Assembly: GCA_964508495.1 (NCBI GenBank)
Contig: CAZDUA010000003.1
Span: 8,867 to 72,866, forward strand
Direction of reading: 5' to 3'
Source: an uncultured Methanosarcinales archaeon
GTDB taxonomy: Archaea; Nanobdellota; Nanobdellia; Woesearchaeales; ARS49
DNA: 64,000 nt
Of the stretch, positions 35,017 through 44,626 are shown one piece after another. Numbering within the stretch: the first letter of the stretch is position 1; each line of letters opens with the position of its first letter. Made by a program: the position numbers and the translations under genes. The notes under the pieces were generated by a model. It did no database searches and was not told the DNA's origin. It was given only the letters and a program-made list of their open reading frames with translations.

Positions 35017-38000
35017 CTACGTTGCTCAGTCCTGCTTCTTGGTTCATGCTTACTCCGTACAAAATATCTCCTTCGGAAATTATGGCGTCGTTGTGTGAAA
35101 TGACTATGTATTGTGCTTTTCCGCAGTAGCTTCTTATCAGTTTAGCCAGCTTTTCGCTGTTGTGCTTATCTAGCGCAGCGTCTACTTCATCCAATACGTA
35201 GAATGTTGCGGGCTCGTGTTCTTGTACTGCGAAAAGGAATGCCAGTCCCGTCATTGTTTTTTCTCCGCCTGACAAGCTTCTGATATCGATGAACTTGTTT
35301 CCGCTGATTCTGACGTTAAACCTTAGTCCGCCTGCGAATGGGTCTTCTTTGTTCTCTAATTCCAAATAAGCTTCGCCCTTTGTGGTCAACTGTCCGAATA
35401 TTCTTCTGAATTGTCCGTCTACTACTGTTAGTGTTCTTGTAAATAGGCCTTTTTTGCTTGCTTCTATCTCGTTCATCATTGTTACAACGTCATCTTTTTC
35501 TCTCAATAGCACGTTCTTTTTGCCTAATAGAATTCCGTATTCTTTCTCAACTGTATCGTAAATTTCTAGTGCTCGTAAGTTGACATTTCCAATATTGGTC
35601 ATCATTTTCTCAAAGTCATTAATCTCTTTCCTCAGTTGTTCTTCTGGTTTTCCCATGTCAAGCTCAACGCCAGAGTATTGTTCAAACTCAGCGGTTAGTC
35701 CTGCTGTTTCTGCTTTGATTCTCGCTTCTTCGATTGAGAGCGTATTCATTGAGAGTTCTTCTTTTCTTGCGTTTTCTTCTATGCCTAGAATCTTTGTTTC
35801 TTTCTGGCTGGTTTCGTCTCTTAATTTGTTGCTTTTCTCAAACAGGCCTTTGAATTGGCTTTGGAATTGTTGTTGTTCTTTTTCTTTCTTGCCAAGCCCG
35901 GTTTCCTGATCCTGCACTATCTTTTCTATGTCGCTTATTTCTTTGCCGAATGCTTCTTCTTCTTTTTCCATGTCTTTGAGTAGTTTGCTCGTGTTTTCTT
36001 GGTCTCTGCCGTAAACGTCGCTCAATTGTATGGTGTTGTTTTTTTGTTCTGTCTCTAGTCTTACTCTTTCTTGTCCCAATTGTTTTCTTTTCTCTTCAAA
36101 CGCATTCAATTCTGCGAGAACTATTGGATTGCGTAGTTCTGTTATCTTGTTTCTTATTGTTTGCTTCTCTATTTTCAAATCCGTGAGTGATTTTGTCTCT
36201 ACTGCGATATTTTCTTCTAAACTTTCCAAATCTTTGCTGATTTGTTTGATTGTTTTGGTGAGTTCTTCTTTGTAGTTTTTTGTTGATTCTAAGTCGCCCG
36301 TATCTAGGTGTAAACTTTTCTCTTGTTTGATTATGTCTCCTTCTAAGTTCGCCTTAAGCTCTCGTAATGTTGTTATTTTTTCATCATTTTCTTTTCTTCC
36401 GTTCTCGAGTGAGCTTAAACTGCCTTCTAGTTCTGCTATTTTGTTTCTCATGTCTTCTAGTTTGCCTGTGAGTTCTTTTTCTTTGAAGCTTCCGGTTTTC
36501 TTGTGCCTAAATCCGCCTGTCATTGCTCCGGAAGTCTCACATAAGTCTCCATCTAAAGTCACCATTCTCGCGCTTCCTATGCCTATTTTTCGCGCAGTCT
36601 CTATTTTGTCGATGACAAGCGTGTTTCCGAATACGTGTGAGAATACGTTTTTGAATTTCAGATCAAATTCTAATAAATCTATTGCGAATCCGTACACTCC
36701 TTCCATTTTTGCTAGTTTTTTGATTTCGTCTTTTGCTGGCGCTGGTTTTATTTTGTTTAGTGGAAGGAACGTTGCTGTTCCTAGTCTTTCTTGTTTCAAA
36801 TACTTAATTGCGCTTGCTGCTGTTTTATCGTCTTCTACTACTATGCTGTGTATTCTCTGTGCTGCTGCTATCTCGAGAGCAAGAGAATATTTGCTGTCTG
36901 AGCTTCCAAGCTCGCTTACTGTGCCGTAAATTTCTCCTAATTTCTGTCTGTTCTCTAGGACTTTCTTCACGGCAATATTCTGCGCTATGCTTTCTTGTAC
37001 TGATGCTTGTTTGATGCTTAGTTTGTTCTCATCTTCTCGTGAAGCGTGTAACTCTGCTCTTCCTTTTGCGAGTGTGTTCGCATCTTTGCTGTCTTGGTTG
37101 AGAAGGTCGTTTAATTCCAATGCTAGTTTCTTGAATTGTTCTTTTCTTTTCTTCAATAAGTCCAATTCTTCGGTGTGAGCGTCAGTTAGTTCTTTGACTT
37201 TCGCTATTTTTTCGTCCATTGTTGTTATGTGGTATTCTGCTTTGTCTTTTTCTCGGACGAGTGCTTGTTTTTTCTCTGTTAGTATTTGTGTTTCTTTTTG
37301 TTTTTCTTCTGCTTTTTTATCCAATTGCTCGAACTGTTTGTCTATGTCTGCTTCGTCTGATAAATCGTGTTTTTGTTTGAATGTTTTTATTTTGGAATCA
37401 ATTTCAGAAACAGTTTTAGTGATTGCTTCTAGTTGTGCGTGTGTGCTTGCTTTTTGTTCTGTTATTTCTTTTATCTTGCTGTCAATTTCTTCTAGGTTTT
37501 TTTGCAGTTGTTCTTTTCTTTGTGCGATTCTTTCTAGTTCTGTTTTGCACGTGCTTGCTCTTTGTTTGTGTGTTGCAACTTGAATTCGTAAGTGTTCGAC
37601 TTCTTTTTGAATCTTGATTTGCTCAATTTCTCCTTTTCTTTCTATTTCTGCTGCTATGTCTTGTATTGTTTGTTTGTGCTTGGCTATTTCTTCGCGTAGT
37701 AATTTTGTTTGTTCTTGATGCTTGGAAAACTTTTCTTTGTGACCAGAACTTTTTGTCTCGAGTTTCTTTAACTCTTCGTCTTTTCTGTTCAATTGTCTTT
37801 TTAGGTTGCTTGCTTTGTTCTGCTTTATTTTATCGTTCAATTCTTTGTATTTGAGTGCTTGGTCTCTGTCTTTTTTGAGGTCTTTGAGATACGTTTCTCT
37901 TTCTTTGAGTATTATCTCCGCTTCATTCAGTTTCTCCCCAACTTTCTGCAGTTCATTTAGCGCTTGGTGTTTTTTCTCTTCGTATACGCCTATTCCTGCT

Positions 38001-38551
38001 ATTTCTTCTATCATTTGTCTGAGCTCGATTGGGCTCATCATGACTAGTCTTGTGATGTCTCCTTGTAGGATTATGTTGTAGCCGTCTGGGTTGATTTTGG
38101 CGTTTCCCATTAGCTCTAGTATTTCTTGTCTCGTCTTGGTTTTTCCGTTTATCTTGTACTTTCCTGCCCCGTCTGCGCGTACTATTCTGGTGACTTTTAC
38201 TTCGTCTTCTTCTATTGGGAATATTTTTGCCTTATTATCGAATACTATGCTTACTTCTGCTTCTTTTGACGGTTGTTTTGTTTTTCCGCCGTTGTAAATC
38301 AGGTTAGCACTCTTATCAGCCCTTAATTGTTTTGAAGAGCTTTTTCCTAGGACAAAGCATAACGCATCTAAAATGTTTGATTTTCCGCTTCCGTTTGGTC
38401 CTAGGACGACGTTAAAGTCGTCTCCGAAGAGCAATTCTGTGTATTTGCCGAAGCTTTTGAAACCGTTTAGGATTAGTTTTGTTATCTTGGTGGCTTTCGC
38501 TACCTGCGGGTTTTCTATCTGCTGGGTAGTTGCTGCATCACTCCCTTCCAT
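35000..38551 (-). CDS. smc: Chromosome segregation protein SMC
   Basis: GFKSF, GPNGSGKSN, QG, long coiled coils, hinge (G.ATFLPL; VTLDG...SGAMTGG), LSGGEK, LDEVDAALD, ISH. Confidence 0.97.
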   Translation of the reverse strand: MEGSDAATTQQIENPQVAKATKITKLILNGFKSFGKYTELLFGDDFNVVLGPNGSGKSNILDALCFVLGKSSSKQLRADKSANLIYNGGKTKQPSKEAEVSIVFDNKAKIFPIEEDEVKVTRIVRADGAGKYKINGKTKTRQEILELMGNAKINPDGYNIILQGDITRLVMMSPIELRQMIEEIAGIGVYEEKKHQALNELQKVGEKLNEAEIILKERETYLKDLKKDRDQALKYKELNDKIKQNKASNLKRQLNRKDEELKKLETKSSGHKEKFSKHQEQTKLLREEIAKHKQTIQDIAAEIERKGEIEQIKIQKEVEHLRIQVATHKQRASTCKTELERIAQRKEQLQKNLEEIDSKIKEITEQKASTHAQLEAITKTVSEIDSKIKTFKQKHDLSDEADIDKQFEQLDKKAEEKQKETQILTEKKQALVREKDKAEYHITTMDEKIAKVKELTDAHTEELDLLKKRKEQFKKLALELNDLLNQDSKDANTLAKGRAELHASREDENKLSIKQASVQESIAQNIAVKKVLENRQKLGEIYGTVSELGSSDSKYSLALEIAAAQRIHSIVVEDDKTAASAIKYLKQERLGTATFLPLNKIKPAPAKDEIKKLAKMEGVYGFAIDLLEFDLKFKNVFSHVFGNTLVIDKIETARKIGIGSARMVTLDGDLCETSGAMTGGFRHKKTGSFKEKELTGKLEDMRNKIAELEGSLSSLENGRKENDEKITTLRELKANLEGDIIKQEKSLHLDTGDLESTKNYKEELTKTIKQISKDLESLEENIAVETKSLTDLKIEKQTIRNKITELRNPIVLAELNAFEEKRKQLGQERVRLETEQKNNTIQLSDVYGRDQENTSKLLKDMEKEEEAFGKEISDIEKIVQDQETGLGKKEKEQQQFQSQFKGLFEKSNKLRDETSQKETKILGIEENARKEELSMNTLSIEEARIKAETAGLTAEFEQYSGVELDMGKPEEQLRKEINDFEKMMTNIGNVNLRALEIYDTVEKEYGILLGKKNVLLREKDDVVTMMNEIEASKKGLFTRTLTVVDGQFRRIFGQLTTKGEAYLELENKEDPFAGGLRFNVRISGNKFIDIRSLSGGEKTMTGLAFLFAVQEHEPATFYVLDEVDAALDKHNSEKLAKLIRSYCGKAQYIVISHNDAIISEGDILYGVSMNQEAGLSNVVSLKM

Positions 38552-38630
38552 ATACTTTTTTGTATACTAAGGGTATATAAAGATTTGGTGGTCAGAAAGG
38601 TATTTAAATGCCCATATTCGACGCTGGCTT

Positions 38631-39050
38631 ATGAACAAGTATGTTGTGGGCGGGCTTGCCAGTCTGGCTTTGTTATACGGCTGTGGTAAGGACCCTGCTG
38701 CGAATAAGGCGCCTCCGAAGCCAAGTAAACTTGAAGAGCGCACTCAGGCAATTATCGCGCATGATGGTGTGCGTATTGATTTGCTTGCTTCTGATATTTC
38801 TGGTCTTCAGAGTGGTATGAAACTTTCAATTGAAGATTATAAGCGCGAGCAGTGGCGCTCATATACGCCTGTGGAATGTCAGATTCCTTCAATCAATTAT
38901 CAGGTTTCTCTGCCGATTGAGAATGGTATGAGTTCTGCCAAGCTTACGTTAAGCAAGCCTGAATCGCTTCTTGGTAAGGACTTGTACATTGTTGGTGTGA
39001 GAAATGGAAAGAAGGTTGTTTTGTATAAAATGCAGATGGGAGCGCCATAA
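38631..39050 (+). CDS. Hypothetical lipoprotein
   Basis: Signal-like N-terminus with LLYGC lipobox; TAATG-coupled to parvulin. Confidence 0.55.
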   Translation: MNKYVVGGLASLALLYGCGKDPAANKAPPKPSKLEERTQAIIAHDGVRIDLLASDISGLQSGMKLSIEDYKREQWRSYTPVECQIPSINYQVSLPIENGMSSAKLTLSKPESLLGKDLYIVGVRNGKKVVLYKMQMGAP

Positions 39051-39331
39051 TGGCGAGTAAAGTCCACGCTTTGCACATTTTGGTTAAGACCGAGCAGGAA
39101 GCTTTCGGTCTTTTGTACGACATTAACCACGGTAAAGACTTCGGTGAAGTCGCAAAAGCCAAGTCTTTGTGTCCTTCTGGTAAGAGTGGTGGCGACCTTG
39201 GCTGGTTTGGCCGTAATCAAATGGTTAAGGAATTTGAGACTGCTGCTTTCTCTATGGAGCCAGGAGAAATCTCAAAGCCGGTTAAGACTCAGTTTGGCTG
39301 GCACATAATTAAGGTTATAGAAGCTAAGTAA
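39050..39331 (+). CDS. ppiC: Parvulin-type peptidyl-prolyl cis-trans isomerase
   Basis: HILV, F.E.A...S.CPS...GGDLGWF...QMV.EFE, PVKTQFGWHII. Confidence 0.93.
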   Translation: MASKVHALHILVKTEQEAFGLLYDINHGKDFGEVAKAKSLCPSGKSGGDLGWFGRNQMVKEFETAAFSMEPGEISKPVKTQFGWHIIKVIEAK

Positions 39332-39985
39332 TCAATATTCCCCGAGTTTTTTCTGTTTCTTCATTCCGGCTAATATCTGGTATGGTGTCCAGCTGTGTCT
39401 GAAAATCTCGGGGTGTTTGTTCCAGTTTTTTTTCAGGAATGCTGCTGTTTTCGGGTCTGCCATGTAGCCTGAGCCGAAGTCTTCTCCGACGTGTTTCTTT
39501 AATTTCTCTATTTCCGCGTCGCGTGCTACTTTGGCCAGAATTGAGGCGGCGCCTACAATCAAATATTTTGAGTCTGCTTTGTGTTCTGTCTTAAACTCTA
39601 TCGTCTTTGCCATTAATCGTTCAGCAATATATTCGTGGTACGCTTTTGTGTTGGTGCTTGGACAATCTATGAGTGCTCTTTCTGGATTGAGCATGTTTAT
39701 CAGTTCAACGCTTTTGTCCGCTTCCAGCCAATTCAAGTTTGCTCCTGTTTCTGAGAGAACGTTTTTGTCTATTTCTGCTGGTGGGACGAGTATTAGCTGG
39801 TATTTGACGTGTTTTGGCAGTTCTTTTGCTATTCTTTCTCGTTGAAGTGGCGTTAATAGCTTGGAATCTTTGACGCCTAGTTCTTTCAGGGAGGGTTCTT
39901 TATTTTCGTCTATCATCGCTCCGCAGAGTACTAGTGGTCCGATGACGCATCCTCTTCCTGCTTCGTCTATTCCGCAAACTTTCAT
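39332..39985 (-). CDS. rnhB: Ribonuclease HII
   Basis: GIDEAGRG.VIGP, DSK.L, HKAD, AASILAKV.RD, GSGY..DP; C-terminal PIP-like QKKLGEY. Confidence 0.96.
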   Translation of the reverse strand: MKVCGIDEAGRGCVIGPLVLCGAMIDENKEPSLKELGVKDSKLLTPLQRERIAKELPKHVKYQLILVPPAEIDKNVLSETGANLNWLEADKSVELINMLNPERALIDCPSTNTKAYHEYIAERLMAKTIEFKTEHKADSKYLIVGAASILAKVARDAEIEKLKKHVGEDFGSGYMADPKTAAFLKKNWNKHPEIFRHSWTPYQILAGMKKQKKLGEY

Positions 39986-40065
39986 ATCTTGTTGTTTACT
40001 TATCTTCTCTTTAAATTCTTTGCCACAGAAATGTTTATATAATTGCACATTTCCTTTTTTGTTTG

Positions 40066-40422
40066 ATGTCAAGAACTAATCCTACTGCAACTCCTGAGAT
40101 TATTCAGTTTGTTGGTGTGAGCGAGCTTTCTGCTGAAGAACAGGTTACTATACAGACTATTACTACAGAGCAGTTTGAGAAGATTAAGCGTGACTTGCAG
40201 AACATTACTAATATGACTGTTCACGTTAAATTCTATCAGAAGGGTGGCGAGAAGAAGAAGTATTCGATGCACGTTAAAGTTGCAGCTCCTACTCACGTTT
40301 TTGATAGTTCTAATGCGGATGATTGGGAATTGCCTCGCGCTTTGCACAAGGCGTTTGAAGACATTCGCCATCAGATCCAGCACAGACTGCACACGGATCG
40401 CACCCGTCCAGATCGTCTTTAA
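40066..40422 (+). CDS. HPF/RaiA-like ribosome-associated protein candidate
   Basis: Beta-alpha-beta-beta-beta-alpha pattern (VHVK, KYSMHVKV, DWEL..ALHKAF..I..QI) resembling the HPF fold. Confidence 0.55.
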   Translation: MSRTNPTATPEIIQFVGVSELSAEEQVTIQTITTEQFEKIKRDLQNITNMTVHVKFYQKGGEKKKYSMHVKVAAPTHVFDSSNADDWELPRALHKAFEDIRHQIQHRLHTDRTRPDRL

Positions 40423-40438
40423 TTCTTTAGAAATTTTA

Positions 40439-40513
40439 TAGCGGGAGGAGGATTTGAACCTCCGAGCTATGGGTTATGAGCCCATCGGGAACTCCAGACT
40501 TCCCTACCCCGCT
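40439..40513 (-). tRNA. Initiator tRNA-Met (CAT)
   Basis: A1:U72 pair (AGCGGGG/TCCCGCT), anticodon arm ATGGG-CTCATAA-CCCAT with three G:C pairs, TTCAAAT T-loop. Confidence 0.95.
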
Positions 40514-40595
40514 GTGATATATTCGCTCCTTGTGGTGTTTTATAAATCTTTGCTCAGAAACCTTTAAATATAGTCGACAGGGACGTTTTATCCAT

Positions 40596-40679
40596 GCCGG
40601 CGTGGCACAACCTGGTACTGCGTAGGATTGCTAATCCTATTTCCGCAAGGATATCCCGGTTCAAATCCGGGCGCCGGCG
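40596..40679 (+). tRNA. tRNA-Ser (GCT)
   Basis: GCCGGCG/CGCCGGC acceptor, TAGGA-TTGCTAA-TCCTA, long variable arm with GCAA loop, G73 discriminator. Confidence 0.95.
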
Positions 40680-40680
40680 T

Positions 40681-41016
40681 ATGAACTCGCAAAAGGGTTA
40701 TACGCGAGTCGTTGGTGTTTTCTTTGTTTTAGTTGTAGTTTCGCTAATCTTTGATTTCATTCAGTTTGGTCATCGTGCCGAATCTTGGCACAAGATTTTT
40801 CACGTTTTGCTCGGTATTGCCGTGATAAGGTTCGGCTGGAATAACAAGAATTTCTGGCGTCCTTTCTGTTTGTGGAATGGCGCGTTTTTTACTTTAGTCG
40901 GCTTGTTTGGTTGGGTTTATCCTGATTTTGCCGGCTTGGACGCTTTTAATCGTGTTGATACAATCTTGCATTCAATTGTTGGTCTGTCAGGTCTGTTAAT
41001 TGGTCTTAAGAAGTAG
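40681..41016 (+). CDS. DUF4383-like small membrane protein
   Basis: Four TM segments with H..FH..LG and D..LH motifs; true start at ATG 40681, just after tRNA-Ser. Confidence 0.6.
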   Translation: MNSQKGYTRVVGVFFVLVVVSLIFDFIQFGHRAESWHKIFHVLLGIAVIRFGWNNKNFWRPFCLWNGAFFTLVGLFGWVYPDFAGLDAFNRVDTILHSIVGLSGLLIGLKK

Positions 41017-41944
41017 TTTTGTCTAATTTCTTCTTCAGTTCTTTCTCTTTTATTTTCGTTCCAATAAAGACAACTCTTGTTTCTTTTTTCTCTCCTTTTT
41101 CCCATGGTCTTGTGAAGTCCATGTCCCAGTGTTTGCCGACTTTGTGGAATGCTACTCGTAGTTCGTCTTTTGCTCCTTTTTTGCTTTCTTTTATGCAGAT
41201 TATTCCTTTTGCGCGGAATATGCTTTCTGGCAGGCTTGTCCAGAACTTTTGGAATTTGTCTGAATCAACTGGGCCTATGATGAAGGATGCTGTTTCCATT
41301 CCTGTGTTGTGCGCGTGGTCGTGTTCTTTTCTTTTCCAGTCTAGGTGTTTATCCGGATCAAATTTTCCAACGCCTAGAAGCAATTGCAGGTTTGTTTGTC
41401 CTTTTATTGTCTCGATTATTTGCGCGTTTGGTATGTATTTTTTGATTTCCTTTTTTACTTGTTCAATTCTTTTCTTATCAACCAAGTCTGCTTTGTTTAG
41501 CAGAACAATATCTGAGCATTGTAATTGCTCTAAAGCAGTTTTATTTCTTTTAATGTTGTCTTCAAAGTATTCTGCGTCTATTACGCATATGATGCTGTCT
41601 AGTTGTGTTAGATCTACTAGTGGTGGTACGTTGAATGTTTGCGCTACTGGTATTGCTTCTGCCAAACCTGAGGTTTCAACCATTAAATAGTCTATTTTTC
41701 CGGTGTTGATTAGTTCTTTTGCTGCTTCGAGCAGGTCTCCTCTTACTGTGCAGCAAATGCAGCCGTTAGGCAACTCTATCATTTTTTCTTTTGTCGTCAT
41801 CATTAGTGCGCCATCTATGCCTACTGCGCCGTATTCGTTTACTATTACTCCTACTCGTAGTCCGTGTTCTGCTGTGAGCACGTAATTGACAAAAGTGGTC
41901 TTTCCCGCTCCTAGTGCTCCTGTTACTATCGTTACTGGTATCAT
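41006..41944 (-). CDS. COG0523/CobW-family G3E GTPase (metal chaperone)
   Basis: TGALGAGKTT, VNEYG..GID, GCICC, ETSGLA, NKAD, short His-rich linker, FRAKG; start chosen at ATG 41944, 23 nt from a shared TATA box. Confidence 0.92.
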   Translation of the reverse strand: MIPVTIVTGALGAGKTTFVNYVLTAEHGLRVGVIVNEYGAVGIDGALMMTTKEKMIELPNGCICCTVRGDLLEAAKELINTGKIDYLMVETSGLAEAIPVAQTFNVPPLVDLTQLDSIICVIDAEYFEDNIKRNKTALEQLQCSDIVLLNKADLVDKKRIEQVKKEIKKYIPNAQIIETIKGQTNLQLLLGVGKFDPDKHLDWKRKEHDHAHNTGMETASFIIGPVDSDKFQKFWTSLPESIFRAKGIICIKESKKGAKDELRVAFHKVGKHWDMDFTRPWEKGEKKETRVVFIGTKIKEKELKKKLDKTTS

Positions 41945-41966
41945 TGGTGTTTTTCCACTCATAAAG

Positions 41967-41974
41967 TTTATAAA
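41967..41974. promoter_or_regulatory. Palindromic TATA box shared by the CobW-family gene (-) and pyrH (+)
   Basis: TTTATAAA is 23 nt from ATG 41944 (-) and 23 nt from ATG 41997 (+). Confidence 0.65.
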
Positions 41975-41996
41975 TCATATGCCTAATTTTAGGAGT

Positions 41997-42653
41997 ATGC
42001 AAAAAAGAGTCGTGGTTCTTTCTGTTGGCGGGAGTCTTATTAATCCTGGCCAAATTCGGGTTGATTTTCTTAAGCATTTGAAGTCTTTTGTTGCTGGCAG
42101 TTCTCATAAATTCATTATTATTTGTGGTGGAGGCATTCAGGCGAGATTGTATCAGGCTGTTGGAAAGAAGTTTGCGTTAGATAACAAAGCGCTTGATGAG
42201 GTTGGTATTAAGGCAACGGTCTTGAATGCTGAGCTTGTTCGTCATATTTTCAGGGCGTTGCCTGTCCAGCAGGAGCCGAAGGGGATTAATTTCAAGAAAG
42301 TCTTGGTGGCTGCTGGCTGGAAGCCTGGTTGTTCTACTGATTATGATGCTGTTTTGTGGGCTAGGAAGTGTAATGCTAAAGAAGTAATTAATTTGAGTAA
42401 TACTGATTATGTTTATACTAAGGATCCTAAGAAATTTTCTGATGCGAAGCCTTTGAAGAATGTTTCTTGGAAGGATTATAGGAAGATGATTGCTGGTGAG
42501 TGGAGTGCTGGTTTGAGCACTCCTTTTGACCCTGTTGCTTCCAAGGCTGCTGAAAGGTTGAAGTTGAGAGTGTTCGCCATTAATGGTCAGAAGTTAGAAG
42601 AATTGTCAAAAGCGCTTAGCGGCAAATCTTTTGTTGGCACGGTGATTGGATGA
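41997..42653 (+). CDS. pyrH: Uridylate kinase
   Basis: SVGGS, GGG..AR.YQ, D.VGI.AT..NA, PG.STD, DYVYTKDP, FDPVA. Confidence 0.93.
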   Translation: MQKRVVVLSVGGSLINPGQIRVDFLKHLKSFVAGSSHKFIIICGGGIQARLYQAVGKKFALDNKALDEVGIKATVLNAELVRHIFRALPVQQEPKGINFKKVLVAAGWKPGCSTDYDAVLWARKCNAKEVINLSNTDYVYTKDPKKFSDAKPLKNVSWKDYRKMIAGEWSAGLSTPFDPVASKAAERLKLRVFAINGQKLEELSKALSGKSFVGTVIG

Positions 42654-44587
42654 AGAAATTTCTTCTTTTGTTGTTGTTGCTTCCTCTTGTCTCTGCTCAG
42701 CCTGCTGAGTGGTTTCAGTCAAGTTTTGTCAAGGTTCAGCTGAATGTTTCGTCTAGTGTTGATTTGTTGCCTCGTGGTCCTCAGCCTTTTGTTGAGTCTT
42801 TGACTGCCGATGTTATTTTTGTTCCGCATAATTCTGAGTTTGTTGCTGTTAGGAGTTTTGATTCTGTTCCTTCTGCTTTAGTCACGGCTGATCGTGTTCG
42901 TTTTGAATGGGTTGCTCCTGCTTTAGGCTCTCTTAATTATAGGTACTCTGCCGTTGTTGAGACTGTTAATTCTGTTCCCAGAGTGAGAGCGAAAATCCCG
43001 TATCCGATTGCAGTGCCGAATAATTTAAAAAAATACATTGAGCCGACTAAAAATATTGATTCTAACAATCCTGCTGTTCTCGGCCAGGCTCATTTGATTG
43101 TAAAGAATGAAGATGATTTGTTTTTGGTCGTTAGCAAGCTTGCTGTTTGGGTGAAGTCTAATGTTGATTATAATTTGAGCACGTTGACAGCAGAGGTTTC
43201 CCAGCCTGCTTCTTGGGTGTTGGAGAACAGGTATGGTGTTTGTGATGAACTAACCAGCTTATTCATCGCAATGTTGCGTGCTTTGAAGATTCCTGCGCGT
43301 TTTGTTTCTGGTGTTGCTTTTAGCAGCAGTCCTGATGTGCCGGGTGGTTGGGGCGCTCATGGTTGGGCTGAGGTTTATTTTCCTGGTGTTGGCTGGGTTC
43401 CTTTTGATCCTACTTTTGGCGAGTATGGCTGGGTTGACCCTGGTCATATTAAGTTGAAAGAATCTTTTGACCCTCAAGAGCCCACCACGGTGTTTGAGTG
43501 GCAGGCGCGTGATGTTGATGTTAAAGTGCAGGATTTGGAGGTTTCAGCCGGTCTTGTTGAGAAGAGTGGAAGGGTTCCTCCTGAGCTGAAGATTGCTGTT
43601 TCTCCTTTGAAAGCGAGAGTTGGCTTCGGAAGTTATAATGGAATCGTGCTTGATGTTGAGAACTTGGCTGATTATTATGTTGGTGCTGATTTTAGTTTGA
43701 CGCGTGTTACTGATATGAAGATTTTGGGCAGTGAGTCTCAGGGTGTTGTTTTGACTCCGAGAGGCCGTGGTCGTGTTTTCTGGACTGTTGAGGTGAAGGA
43801 AGGTCTTGATCCTAAGTTCCAGTATGAGCTTCCTTTGCTGGTTTATAGTATTCGCAACGAAACTTTTAGTTCAGCATTTGCTGTTGGCCAGTGGGATGTT
43901 GGTTATTCTTTGCTTGATATTAATTCGAATATTGAGCGTTTGACTGTTTCGCAAAAGGACGCGTTGGATTTAGCTTGTGCTTTTGAGAATGATCTTGTCT
44001 GGACTGATGCTGGCAAGTTGAACTGTCTTGTTCAGAATCGTGCTGAGGTTGAAGTTCCTGTTACTGTTTGTTTTGAGAAGTGCCAGCAGTTGTCTGTTTC
44101 TGCTAAGGGCACGGTTCCTGTTTCTTTTAGTGTTCCTTCTGTAACGCCTGGCCCTCATGAGGTTGAGGTTTCTGCGACTTCTGGAACGGTTGTTAAGAAG
44201 GCGGTTTTGACTTTAGTGCGTCTTGACCCGCCTCGTATTGAAATCAATGATGTTTCTCTTCCTCCGGTTGTTAATTACGGTGATTCTTTCTCGTTGAAGT
44301 TTACTCTAACGAGAGCTAGTGTTTCTTTCCCGCAGAATGTTAGCGTTGAGGTTGAAGGCGGCGGTGCTAGTGCCAGCATTGATGTTGGCGAATTGCTTGT
44401 TGACCAGGAAATCGTTGTTAATATTCGTTCTGACCAGTTGTATTCTTCCAATCCTGTTTTTGATATTGATGTTTCTTTTAAGGACTCGTTCGGTAAAGAG
44501 TTCAGCGTGAGCAAGAGCGCTTCCATTCAAGTCAATAATGTCCCTTGGTACAAGCGTGTTATTGGCTGGTTTGTTGATTTGTTTTAG
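42650..44587 (+). CDS. Secreted transglutaminase-like domain protein
   Basis: Signal peptide; triad GVCDE / HGWAEVY / WVPFDPT; C-terminal Ig-like regions. Confidence 0.85.
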   Translation: MKKFLLLLLLLPLVSAQPAEWFQSSFVKVQLNVSSSVDLLPRGPQPFVESLTADVIFVPHNSEFVAVRSFDSVPSALVTADRVRFEWVAPALGSLNYRYSAVVETVNSVPRVRAKIPYPIAVPNNLKKYIEPTKNIDSNNPAVLGQAHLIVKNEDDLFLVVSKLAVWVKSNVDYNLSTLTAEVSQPASWVLENRYGVCDELTSLFIAMLRALKIPARFVSGVAFSSSPDVPGGWGAHGWAEVYFPGVGWVPFDPTFGEYGWVDPGHIKLKESFDPQEPTTVFEWQARDVDVKVQDLEVSAGLVEKSGRVPPELKIAVSPLKARVGFGSYNGIVLDVENLADYYVGADFSLTRVTDMKILGSESQGVVLTPRGRGRVFWTVEVKEGLDPKFQYELPLLVYSIRNETFSSAFAVGQWDVGYSLLDINSNIERLTVSQKDALDLACAFENDLVWTDAGKLNCLVQNRAEVEVPVTVCFEKCQQLSVSAKGTVPVSFSVPSVTPGPHEVEVSATSGTVVKKAVLTLVRLDPPRIEINDVSLPPVVNYGDSFSLKFTLTRASVSFPQNVSVEVEGGGASASIDVGELLVDQEIVVNIRSDQLYSSNPVFDIDVSFKDSFGKEFSVSKSASIQVNNVPWYKRVIGWFVDLF

Positions 44588-44626
44588 AACAGTAGTTTTA
44601 TAAACACCCTTTCTTCTTTTAAACTC

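Noticed and set aside
35000..38551. SMC as part of a Wadjet/SbcC-type defence system
   Set aside because: It has a canonical hinge and head motifs of housekeeping SMC and no jetABD- or mre11-like neighbours. ScpA is simply not adjacent in this window.
40594..40680. N-terminal extension of ORF 40594..41016
   Set aside because: It is a translation of tRNA-Ser; the plausible start is ATG 40681.
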